From the NCBI RefSeq assembly GCF_009914755.1, contig NC_060926.1: a stretch of DNA of 64,000 bases. One strand, 5' to 3'. A program made the translations under genes and the position numbers. This document shows positions 1 to 12,160 of this stretch, piece by piece. Each line of letters begins with the position of its first letter. Positions within the stretch are counted from its first letter, which is position 1. The notes beneath the pieces are model-generated. The model saw only the letters and a program-made list of their open reading frames with translations. It was not told where the DNA came from and ran no database searches. This DNA is from the human T2T-CHM13v2.0 reference genome, Homo sapiens.

Positions 1-224
1 AATTTCAAAATCCTTGGGATTTTTTTTTTTCCTCCTGACAGTCAGTACTGTTGGCTGGTTTGGAACCTCCTAGTGAATTTTCTTTTTCTCAAATCTTGGA
101 GTATTTTTGGAGTTTATAGATCAGTGTCCTCCCAAAATGGCTCAGCCTGACCTACCCCCAGCCTGTCTCCAACACTCAGACTGTGTTTTCTTGAAACGTG
201 CAATGCTTTCCTGTTCCAACTACA

Positions 225-560
225 TGTTCCTATTCAATCATCCATTCACTCAACAAGTATTTACCATATGCCAATCCTGTACTGGGATACAAGGTGACTA
301 AGACAGGCTTGGTTCCACCTTCAAGGAGATCATGTTCTTGCAGAGGACACAGATGAAAAGTAAGAGGGCACATAAATGCTTTAATTATAACTGATACCGT
401 GGCAAGTGCTGCGATGGGGGCTCTAGCAGAGAACAGAAGTTTAAGTATCGGGGCAGTGGTTACCACCTGACATAGGGCATCAAGGAACCCTCCTTGAGGA
501 GGGATGAGTTAGGCAGAGGTGAGCTGCATAGGGAGTGAGAGACCTCAGGCAGGAGGAACC
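225..560 (-). mobile_element. LINE-2 (L2) 3' fragment
   Basis: L2 3'-end signature in antisense (attcaatcatccattcactcaacaagtattta...ccttcaaggagatcatgttct); boundaries approximate. Confidence 0.6.
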
Positions 561-593
561 CAGAGAGGTTGTTCAGGAGGACCTCTGAAATAA

Positions 594-941
<348 letters not shown>

Positions 942-1099
942 TGAACTCCTAGCTGAGGATTTAATTGCATATATAATCTTAGATCTCTGTGACTTCCACC
1001 TTATTTATTTATTTATCTATTCATTTTAAATTTTCTGTCTATATGTCAAGAGGTCTACTTAATAAACTAGATTCCTTTCCTTTTAACTGAAAAAAATTA

Positions 1100-2100
1100 G
1101 AGAGGAGTGCTGCCTGGAGCCCTGCCTCCTTGGCGTTGTGCTCTACTTTTTTATCTACACAGGATTTGTGTCAATTTGTTGGTCTTACAAATGCTCCTAT
1201 TGTGGGGAGGAAACCATGGGCTGAACACAAGGGCTGCCTGACTTCCCAGTTTCACTCCAGGAGGCCCACGTCACACCAGCTTCTTCTTGATGCTGTAGAC
1301 ACAGTCACAAGGTGTCCACATGTGTCTTCCTCACACCCATCCGCTGGGAAACAGGACTCTCCTTCCTGCTCTGCAGGGTGGAAAATAGGACCCCAGGCAG
1401 TCGCTCCCTTGGAGATGGGTCCCACACTCCATGAAGCTCAGCATGGGCATAAGAGCTGTCTGGCTGCGGTGGCTGCCTGTTTTCAGCAGGGGTCTTCAGC
1501 CAGCATTTTCTCCAGGAGGGTAGCACTGAGCTTTCTTCCAGCTGATGGCTCTGGAAGGCACCACAAGTTCTTTTTGGCGCATTTTCCACTTTCCTCCTCT
1601 CCTCCCACTCCCCTCTCTCTCTCCTCACCCCACACAGATCCTGTGCTGATTGACTGCCATCGCCAGGCTTCTGTACCAGGCAATCAATCAAAAGAGACCT
1701 TCCCACGCGGAACAGCCGCCGCCCCTCCACCAGACTGCTGCCTCTGACATTTCCTGCGTGCCTGGACTGAGCCTGTTTGGAAGGCTCCAGCCCCCTCCTA
1801 TCAGTCTGGGCACTCAGGGCTCTGGCAGCAGCTGCCGCTCTGAATGTTGACACCCTGCCACGTCAACACTGGCCGGGCCGATGTTCCTTCACACTCATCT
1901 GCTGAGCCCAAACTTCCCCTGCTGGCGGGCTCTCCCTGTTTGAATGGGCTCCCAGTCAGAAAGGGCTCCCTGAAGCCTTAGCTCCTTGAAGCTCGCCCCT
2001 TGCAGCCTTCCGGCTAGAGGATGTGGCTGTTGGATCAGCTCAGTGATCCTTGGTTCACAAAAAAAGAAATTCAGTTCAATGTGGCCTTTCCCAAACCCCC
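1100..2100. promoter_or_regulatory. Candidate enhancer or weak CpG-retaining regulatory element
   Basis: Non-repeat, GC-rich block with retained CpGs in an AT-rich window; motifs TTCCCACG (1700-1707), TGATTGACTG (1647-1656), CAATCAATCA (1681-1690), CCACGTCA (1266-1273, 1858-1865). Confidence 0.45.
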
Positions 2101-2293
2101 TCAAACAGCGTTCTGTGCAGATTGAGCCTGCTGGCCTTGGCATTGTCCTTCCGACTTGATTTTTCAGACTATCTTTCCTCTTGTCTGTGAGAATACCATG
2201 GGGCTCAAGGACCTGAAGGAATTGGTGCATGTATTTCATTTGAACTTTGCTGAAGCTTTTTTATTTTAAGCCAAGTGCTTCCTCTGCTGTCTA

Positions 2294-2325
<32 letters not shown>

Positions 2326-2485
2326 TCCTTCTCTTGCCGTCTTTTTTGCCCACACAGATAGCCGCTTCTCATTTTTCTGGTTCCAACTTTCAGGTAGTTG
2401 TATACTAATTGCAACTAATTCTTGAATGTAGACTAATTAGGAAATACAGAAAACTACAATAAGGTAAATTTTAAAAACCTCCTTA

Positions 2486-2800
<315 letters not shown>

Positions 2801-2994
2801 TCCTTCCTATCTAAGGAGCAAGAGATAATAATGATTAACATGACAGGATATATCCTTACAGTTTAGTTCTCTGCATTATACATGCAAAGAATAAACACAC
2901 ATGGATGACTTTTCTATGTACAATAAAAGCACCATCACTTGACACATCTCAGAACCATTTCTGATTTAATGTTTTATGAATCTTAAAGGCAGGA

Positions 2995-3430
2995 TTACTC
3001 TTTGACCCACCAATTTCCCCCTAGAATGGAAAAGTACATCAAAGTGTATGTACTAGGTTGTTCATCACCACCATTATCATATTAGCTCCAAATTAGGGAC
3101 AATTTAAATTCCCAGCAATAAGAGATTGGTTAAATAGATTGTGGGATAACTGTGCAATGTAATACTAGGAGAATATAAAAAATGGTGACATACATATATA
3201 CATAAATATATATACACAAACATGGGCATGGAACACTACTAATAAAAAGATCATAAATTAGTATGCATAATACTTTACATGTATGCATCTATCTCACTTT
3301 GGAAGATGATATCCAAAATATTAATAATATTTATCTCTGGCCGGGTGTTTTGTGAGTAATATATGACTTTAGATTGTCTGATTATGTTAGAATTCTTGTA
3401 ATGAACTCTTATGCTTGCGTTAAAAAAGTT
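2995..3430 (+). mobile_element. Old L1 (L1ME-like) 3' fragment
   Basis: tttgacccaccaatttcc...cagcaataagagattggttaaatagattgtgg resembles the L1M ORF2/3'UTR region; highly diverged. Confidence 0.6.
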
Positions 3431-3892
3431 AATAGGAGAAAATATAGTAGAGATGATTTTTCCATATCATTGTTTTTCTCAAAAATGACTGTTAATGGTT
3501 CGCTACCACCATGTGTTTATTCATTTCCCTATCTCAACTGCCTTATTGTATACTGAGGATGGGAGTGGGAGGGAATGAGGCTTAGAGACAAGAAGTACCT
3601 GACTAATTAGGAACAAGCCTGGGCTAGAATCCAAGCCTCTGTTTCAAAGGTCTAAATCCTATGCTGCTTTCCAGTTGTTATAGATCTAGGAGTCACTGAT
3701 ATATCCTACAAGTATGCTGTGTGTATGTGTGCGTGTGTGTATGTAACACATATACACACAATATTTTCATATTATTTTTAAAGGGAGTTGAAGTTGGCGC
3801 ATAAAATGGTTATACTTTTCCAGTTCCCTATTGGCTTCCCTTTGAACTTGGAAACCATTTCCTACTTGAACCTCATCTCAATTTTCTCTACA

Positions 3893-4079
3893 CCAGTTGT
3901 TCTCCAACTGAGGTCCCTGATTGGCAGCAGCAAAATCACATGGGAACTTGTGAGAAATGCAAATTCTGGGGCCTCACCCTAGCCCTGTGAAATCAGAAAC
4001 ACTGGAGAGCGGCCCACCACATGTGTTTCAATAAGTCCTCCAGGTGATTCGGATGCTCAATTAAGTTTGAGACGCTCTG
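3893..4079. mobile_element. MER5A (hAT-Charlie MITE)
   Basis: cagttgttctc...ggaacttgtgagaaatgcaaattct...ctccaggtgattc...aagtttgaga; ~187 bp. Confidence 0.85.
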
Positions 4080-4229
4080 CTCCACGTAAACCAAAGCAGC
4101 AATGACGGCAGGCAAAACCAGCACAAAACAAAAACGAACAGAAAAACTACAGTGGTCTGTGTTTCTTATTACTTTCCTTCCTCAAGTTGCCGTCCCTTCT
4201 GCCTCCTCTACCCCTAAATCAACCTAGAA

Positions 4230-4392
4230 AAATGTGAAGAATGTGGATTCCAAGGTCAGAATGCCCGGGCTTAAATCTGAATTTCATCCCATATTAGCTG
4301 CATCACCTTAAATGAATTATTTAGCATCTTTGTGTCCATTTCCTCATCTATAAAATGAGGTGAAAATCACAGTACATACCTCCTGGCACTAC
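4230..4392 (+). mobile_element. MIR fragment interrupted by the THE1 LTR
   Basis: MIR core (tttcctcatctataaaatgagg). Confidence 0.6.
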
Positions 4393-4762
4393 TGTATTAG
4401 TGTGTTCTCATGATGCTATAAAGAACTGCATGAGACTGGATAATTTATAAAGGAAAGGTTTAATTGATTCACAGTTCTACAGGACTGGGGAAGCCTCAGG
4501 AAACTTAGTCACTGAAGAAGGGGAAGCAAACATGTCCTTCTTCATATGACGGCAGGAAGAATTGCCAAGCAAAGGGTGAAAAGCTCCTTATAAAACCATC
4601 AGATCTTGTGATAACCCACTCATGATCATGGGAACAGCAGCATAGGGGAAACCACCCCCATGATTCAATTACCTCCCACCAGGTCCCTCCTATGACAGGT
4701 GGGGATTATGGGAACTAGAATTCAAGGTTGGAGTTGGGTGGGGACACAGCCAAATCATAACA
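4393..4762 (-). mobile_element. THE1C-like MaLR solo LTR
   Basis: tgtattagt...tgggtggggacacagccaaatcataaca; TG..CA ends; 5-bp TSD actac (4388-4392, 4763-4767). Confidence 0.92.
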
Positions 4763-4974
4763 ACTACTAAACATACAGATTTGAGTGTCTAGCTATGCTA
4801 AGTATATAAAGGTGTGTGTAAATTATCTTTATTTTGGCTCTGCCCCATCAGAAGCACTACCTGCTCCTAGTGTCCCCATCCCCATTCACACTTACAGGTT
4901 CTGCGTTTAGTGTCCCAGGTTTTCTAGGTTGGTAAGAATCTTCTTATATTACATGTGTATTAATGGATTGCTAG

Positions 4975-5403
4975 TAGTTGTGGGTTGAATGGAAAGATTT
5001 TCAATTTCTAACCCCCAATCCCTGTGAATGTGACCTTATCAAAATTATTGCCTTTGTAGATATAATCAAGTTAAGGTGATATTATACTGCATTATGGAGG
5101 CCCTAGTCCAACAGGTGATGTCCTTCTATAATGAGGGAAGCTTACACAGACACACACAAGAAGGCCATGTGAAGCAGAGGCTACGCTGCCAGAAGCCAAG
5201 GACAGTCAGGACTCTCAGTAACCACTAAAAGATAGGAAGAGGTGAGGAAGGATCTCTCTCCAGAGACTTCAGAGAGAGCACAGCCTTGCCAACACGTTGA
5301 CTGTGGACTTCTGGCCTCCAGAACTATGAGGCAATACATTTCTGTCATTTTAAGTCACTCAGTTTATGGCAATTTGTTATAGCAAACCCAGGAAACTAAT
5401 ATG
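4975..5403 (+). mobile_element. MLT1C-like MaLR solo LTR
   Basis: cctgtgaatgtgacctta...ggacttctggcctccagaactatgag...ttgttatagca...ggaaactaata. Confidence 0.85.
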
Positions 5404-5436
5404 TAAGTAACTTGATATAGGAGTCCTATAGCTCAC

Positions 5437-5830
5437 TGTATTAGTTCGTTATTGCATTGTTCTAAAGAACTACCTAAGACTGGTTAATTTATACAGAAAA
5501 GAGGCTTAATTGACTCACAGTTTCACAGGATATACAGAAAACATGGCTGGGGAGGACTCAAGAAACTTACCATCATGGCAGAAGGGAAGGAGAAGCAGGT
5601 ACATCTTACTATGGTTAGAGCAGGAGGAAGAGAGCAAAGGGGAAGGTGCTACATGGTTTTAAGCAACCAGATCTCATGAGCAACCACATCTCATAAGAAC
5701 TCACTCACTATCACAAGAACAGCAAATTCGCCCCCATGATCTAATCACCTCTCACCAGGCTCCTACCCCAACATTCGGGATTACAATTTGACATGAGATT
5801 TGGGTGGAGACGCAGATCCAAACTACACCA
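5437..5830 (-). mobile_element. MSTA-like MaLR solo LTR
   Basis: tgtattagt...aattgactcacagtt...aaccagatctcatgag...acaatttgacatgagatttgggtgg; internal 17-bp tandem duplication near 5662-5697. Confidence 0.88.
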
Positions 5831-6001
5831 CTACTTAACCTGGAAGACATGCTTTCAGTATTTTCAGCAATATGGAGAACAGTCGTGGTGAGCCCTAAAC
5901 TTGAAGTCAAAAGACCAATATCCAAATTTTAGCTCTAATACTTCCTAGACTTATAAATTTTTGTAGATTTCTAAACTCTCTGAACTTAATCTTCTCACAT
6001 G

Positions 6002-6187
6002 TAAGATCGCCAGATAAAATGCAGAGCACAGAGTTAAATATGAATTTCAGATAAACAGCAAGTAATTTTTAGGATAATTATGTCTCACACAAGTATGTAC
6101 TTTAAGACATAAAAATGTGTTTATCTATGGGAAACATAGTATTAACTAGAAATCCTGCATTTTTATTTGCTAAATCCGGAAACCCCA
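6002..6187. mobile_element. MER53 (hAT MITE) inserted in a MIR
   Basis: gccagataaaat...gttaaatatgaatttcagataaaca...tttttatttgctaaatccggaaaccc resembles the MER53 termini; MIR halves on both sides. Confidence 0.75.
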
Positions 6188-7593
6188 CTCAACATGAAAA
6201 TATAGTTGATAATATCTGATTTGCACTCCTATTGCACAAATTAAAGGGAAAATTACATGTGAAAATGCTTGCTATGCTTTAAGTGTTCAATAAATGTATA
6301 TAATGATAAATCTGCAGAAATGGATGATCTTTGAGAGACTCAAATAGAGAACATAAGCTATTTCATAGAGGAGCCCTCAGATACTACCATATGAATTTTC
6401 ATAAGCGTGATTTACTGGATTTAATTAGAAGAGGAATGTTATAGGTAGCTAGAGGTGACAGCATGGGTAGCAGCTATACATATATTTATATGCAAATGTA
6501 TAATATTATACACACATAATATATGTTTATTATACATTACATCTATTTATTTATTTATTTGACAGTAAAGTATGTGAAAAAACAATTATTAAAAAGCAGA
6601 CACAAATACTCTGAAGAAACCAGTTTGGAGTCAGGTAGTATAGGGGGAAGCAACGTTATACAGCAAGAACTCCCAAGTACATCATGGTTTCATCAATCAT
6701 GGTATGGTGATTAATGACAATAATTACAATTCTGTGTCATTGGATAAAAATTAACTTGTATCTGTTATATTCTCTTTGTGGCAGGGCTGTGTGTGGCATT
6801 TCAGAAATATCTCTCCCCCAAACAAAAGTCTAAATAAGCTTAGGCATTAAAAGAATAATCTTCAGTCATCTAGACATTTCACTCCTCAGCAGATGAAACA
6901 TTTGCATATTTTAAGAGTGGTCCTCTCTGAAGGTTAATAAAATATTGCAAGTTTTCAGCATTTCAGACAGTTGGGAAGCTCCTCAACTGGCAAGTGAAAG
7001 GTGGTTATTTGTTTTGCCTCCACAAATAACTGGTCTGTGAAAAGAGCTTTTAGGTTACTAATTTCAAGTCAAAACAAAATTACTGAGTAATTCATTAACT
7101 AATACTTAGTGAAAAAAAGTGAGAACAATATAATATAAGGAAGAAAAGTCTCTTGAATATAAGTCTAATGGAGTCATATTTTTCCTACCTCTAAATGCCA
7201 GAATTCCATTCTAAATGTGGTGCCAATTTTTATGAACCTCATATTTGCAGACCCCTTCAATAGTTTCAACCATTGAATAAAAATGATATGGAAACTATGG
7301 TATCTTAAGAGCTTAGAAGAACGGAACATATGCATCCATAACCCTACTCATAATGGAATTTTATACTTGAATCCTGCATTTTCCAAACTTAATTGACAGC
7401 AGAAATATTTTCTTTTTATTTCAATGGATTCGTATTAATATTCAGTGGAACACATTTTAGGAAACACAAGTCACAAGGCGGCTGCCACTATTGTCTAACC
7501 ATTGACCAACTTTTCAGTATTATCTATTGTCTCTGCTACGTAAACATCTTGAACTTGAACTGTATTGGAATACTTACTATTAAGTTTTCTGAA

Positions 7594-7845
7594 GCAATAG
7601 GTCTTCAAAGTGAGGTATGCATAAGCCAAGGATTGCATAAGAATTTATTGCGGTATTAAATAAAATCAGATTTTCTGTTCCTATTTATCTAAAAAATAAA
7701 ATAAATTCTACAAATATCTAATATGCAGATTGACACTAGTACATGCATATAGCTTGTCAATGATGTGTGCATCATGAGGGCCAATACTCAAAGTATTTTT
7801 TTCTGAAAAGGGCATGCAATTAAAAGTAGATAGACCATTGTTCTA
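7594..7845. mobile_element. Degenerate hAT-Charlie-type DNA transposon relic
   Basis: Charlie-like termini (caataggtcttcaaagtg ... agaccattg); family not resolved. Confidence 0.35.
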
Positions 7846-10044
7846 AAGACCCAAGCCTCTTTTTTGTTCATGCCTTTCTCGTTCTTCTAAAGTCTTTCCC
7901 TAGTTCTCTCAACACAGGGCAGAGCTAGTGGATGTCAATGCTGTTTCCGTTGCCTTTTTTTGTTTATTTGTAAATCTAGTCCACTAAACCATAACTTCCT
8001 TAAAAGACCTTTTAATCCCCTTGAACTATTACAGTATTAGGTGTTCAATAAGGTTTGTTGAATAAATGAACAAGTGAACAAATAAGCGGCCAAACTTAGA
8101 TGGTTAGTCTGAATCCCACATAAAGACAGCCTGAAATAGCAAATCACCTTTCTGCAATTTAGATCTCTTCTGCCAAATTCATGTCTTATCCAGTCAAATG
8201 TTCTCTACATTTCATTTGTCCAGTTTGTTTTCCAGAGATGATAGCTAGGCAATTCTCTTTGTAATGATTTCTATCTGTAAGACTTAGATAGATGAGAACA
8301 CAGAAGATAATCACAGCTAGAAATCATAAGCTATGGGAACATGCAAAAATCGTAATTCTTTATTGAGGAAAAGGTAATTAAGTGACAGATGCCTTGCCCT
8401 AATTATAACACTCTGTCAATTACTTGGCCCCATTTATCAAGATCTCCAACTTCTCCAGATCATTTTGCTGCTCAAATTAGTATGTGCAGGGATATTTTTT
8501 TTATTCCCTTCATTAGACTAATGTGATTCTCCCCTTGGAAGTTCAGAAATGATAGTTGAGTCTGGTTTCACCACATAATACTTCTCAGAGCTCTTTCCCA
8601 TGTCATGAAAGCCCTTGAGGCATCCCTTAAGATTATGTGTATCTGTATAGAACTGAATTTTTCCATGGATACTTTAATTATGTTGAGCCAAAAAATATTA
8701 AATAAAGATCATATCCAAGTGTTCGAAATAAAGACTGAAAAAAAAGAAAGGTCTGCTGGAGAGATTTGTGTTAGAGGACAGATTCACTACCAACCAGACC
8801 TACTGAGTAATGAAAAATAAAAAGCACGGCCCACATTGGTTTAGGTCTTTCAAAACAGGATACACAAGTCTAGAAGTGTTTATCTTTAAATTTGCCTGTA
8901 GGAAAAAGTAAATGAGTTTTCAAGGTCCTTTCAAACTCCTCAGCGATGAGAACACTGGCTATGCGTGAAGACTACTAAGGACACAGAAGATGCATAGTGG
9001 TGATTTATACATTTGTTTGCATTTTATATTGCGCTATGGAGTAAAGAGAGGAGGGCTAGTTCTGTCTTGAATTATGACTTAGGGAAGGCATTGAGTTGTG
9101 GGTTGGTGAAATCACCCCTAGAATACCACAGTCAAGTTGGGGCATCACAGCTCCAGAAAGAAGTCAGTAGATAAATTGGAGGCAGTTCAGAGACAAGCAA
9201 AGAGAATGATAAACGTATTGGAAGACATGATTTATGTGGCAAGATAGATGCAGCAGACAATACATTCACAAGTGTGCTTGCCAGAGTGATGACTAAGGTG
9301 ATAACATGATAATACTTGAAAAACATGGACAACCAATGAGCAGGAAGAGGACTGGAGTTCGAGGGGCTCATCACTTGAAGAGATAAATAATGAAGGTTTT
9401 CAAGGATGGGAAAGGAAAGGCCAGTGAATATCAGGAAAAAACTATGCTCACAAAGATCTTAATTAAACTGATTGGGCTTTTTCAAAAATCGATATTACAT
9501 GATTGTTCTTAGATTTTTGTGATGTGCTAGAGAAACAAGGAAAGACATAGAGCCCCTGGGTTATAAGTGGAGGGTAAACCTACAATTACTATGTCTTCTC
9601 AGACCATAGGGTCTTTGCAGGGAACCTGCCCAGCAAAGAAGGACTAACCAGGATTACTTCTTGTAATTATGTTGTTGGTGCCAAATTTTCCATAAACGAC
9701 TAGGGATCCAGCACATAAAAACATCTGACACTTTTATATAACACTCTTACAGGTATATAAAACAGTAGACATAAATATTTGAAGAAATATAAGGGATAAA
9801 GTGTCAGAATTCATAACTCTTTTTAAGGTTGCTTGTTCCATAAAAATACGTTTGAATCTCTAGACCTCAATTTCTTCTTCTGTAAAATAAGTGCCTGAGA
9901 TAAGATAATCTATAATTTCTTATTTAATTAGAAAAGGATACAACATAATGTTTCTAAGGCGCTCATCTTCTTTCAATAAGTACTAACGTTCAAAATGTAC
10001 TGTAACCACATATTTCTTTCACTCTTCCAGATATCCTTATAATC

Positions 10045-10345
10045 CAGGGATCAGCAAACTTTTTGTAAAGGGCTAGAAAGTAAATATGTTAGGCTGTGCG
10101 TGCCATATGGTCTCTGTAATTCTCAATTCTGCTGTTTTAATGAGAAATCAACCATAGACAATGCATAAATGGATAGGTGTGGCTGCACTCCAATTGAACT
10201 TTATTTATGGATACATATGTGAATTTTATATAATTATCATGGATTATGAAAATTGCTTTTCTTTTGATATTTTCCCTAACCATTTAAAACTGTATAACCA
10301 TATTTTTAGCTCAAGAGTACCACAAAAACAAGCAGTGGGCTAACC
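10045..10345. mobile_element. MER58B (hAT-Charlie)
   Basis: cagggatcagcaaactttttgtaaaggg...ccatagacaat...actttatttatgga...cacaaaaacaagcagtgggc. Confidence 0.85.
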
Positions 10346-11974
10346 TAATCAAATTGCTAAGTAGTGTTTTTCATTTTATTTCCGATCAGCATTATTTATT
10401 ACAGAGCTAAACACCTTTTGACTCTAAAATTGGCATTTTAAGATCCCTGGATAAAAGGAAGCCAGGAAGAAAAAGTCCTTCAGCCACAATGCACTGTCAG
10501 AAATTTATGAAAAGCAATAATGATGACCCTGGTGATAACAAGAAAAAAGTCATTACTATATGGAATTATCCTGGGGCCTCTGTAAATTATCAACTACGTT
10601 GGCTTCACCAAAATGATCAGGTAGACTTCCCCAAAAAGAAGGAACAAGAGGAATAAAAAATGAAAATGTATTCTATGCTTCTCTTTTTCCAGGTTTCCCT
10701 AAAAGGATTTTAAAAATCCTCCTTCTGTGCTGCAGAAGAAAAATAGAAAATAGAAATTCTTCCTAGCCACCTAGGCCTTCTTTTCAGATGTTTAAGTCAT
10801 TCAGGGATCCTTTCTGTAGGTTAAACAATCAGTTGACAGGAATTGGGTATTTCCTTTTACTTTTGAGTCAATCAGATATAAATTAAATGTGACTAAAATA
10901 TGAAAATTAAAGCAAATAAAGCTAAAATCACAATTAGGATTAATTGGGTATTCCTATAAATCAGAATGTCCATCAAAATGTACAGTACGAGCACTCTAAA
11001 AGTAAGTCACAAACCAAAAGGGGAATTATTGTCTTCAAATTGATGCCTCCAGTTCAGATAGCAATCCATCAGTGCTGCAACCTAAATGCTTATCCCAGTT
11101 TGTCTGGGAGAGAAAGGAACGGTTTTGGTTCCTGATGCTGTCAATTCACTTGAGTAAAAAGGCACACAAAGGAATACATGTATATATTTGCAATTAAATT
11201 AAAATTATTGTCTCTTTCAGCTTTATACAGTTGAGTAAAAATAAGTTGGGACTTCACAACTGTGACTTTCACTCAGATTTATAGGAACCATTTTATGTTT
11301 ATCAATGACTTCTAATAGGTTTACAGCATCAAAACTGGCCATGTTTTAAAAAGTCAATAAATAGCTGCATTATAATTTTGAACGTTTATGTCACACAAAG
11401 GTAACAAATTCACTCCCTGTGGGAAAAAACATTTCAGAGCACATGCATAAAGGAAAAAAGGTAAAGAAATGTACCCAGGCTTTAACGGTTGTAAGTCCAG
11501 GTGAATTACTACCATTTTCTAAATCACGTGAAGCAATGCAAATTGATAATAAAAGAATATTGTCTTTGAACAATGAATTGCAGATTTTGATCACTGCCAC
11601 TGCTTTAACTGCCACAGATAGCAAGTAGTCAAATAAGAAAATACTGTATTGTCGATTCAAGTAGAAAATGCATACTAATTTCAATAAATTTATATGGACT
11701 ATGAAATAAAATTATATTAGCTACCAGATCTCCAGGAAAATCAAACTGGAAAATACATAAATGTGAAAACACACTGAAGTTTCAGATAAAATGGAATTGG
11801 TTGACTCATGATGTATTAGAACAGTGACACAACAAGGAAGTGCTCAAAAAAGTGGGCATCCAGAAAGGAAGGAGGGAATACCGTTGAACAATATAAACCT
11901 TAGGATCCCCTGCTCCACTTCTAAATATTCAGAGACAGGCTTCGTAAAAATTGTTGTAAAAATGAAGCTGAGTC

Positions 11975-12160
11975 TAATGTTTACAGTCATGGACTTAGCA
12001 GCCTGGATTTAAACCCAAGCTCTGCTACTCAGCCACAGTATGTTCCTGGGCAAGTACTTAACCTCTCTGTGCCTTAGTTTCTTCATCTGTAAATGGAACT
12101 CGTACCTACCTCAGAAGGTTATAATGAGGAGTCACTGAGTTAACTTTTGTAAAATGCCTT
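11975..12160 (+). mobile_element. MIR
   Basis: gggcaagtacttaacctctctgtgccttagtttcttcatctgtaaa core. Confidence 0.8.

Noticed and set aside
1130-1853. 205-aa (+) and 182-aa (-) ORFs
   Set aside because: Non-ATG starts, no recognisable domain, Ser/Pro/Ala/Arg-rich composition expected from GC-rich non-coding DNA
6002-6187. MER53 as a miR-1302-like hairpin
   Set aside because: Arms look too diverged to form a clean stem
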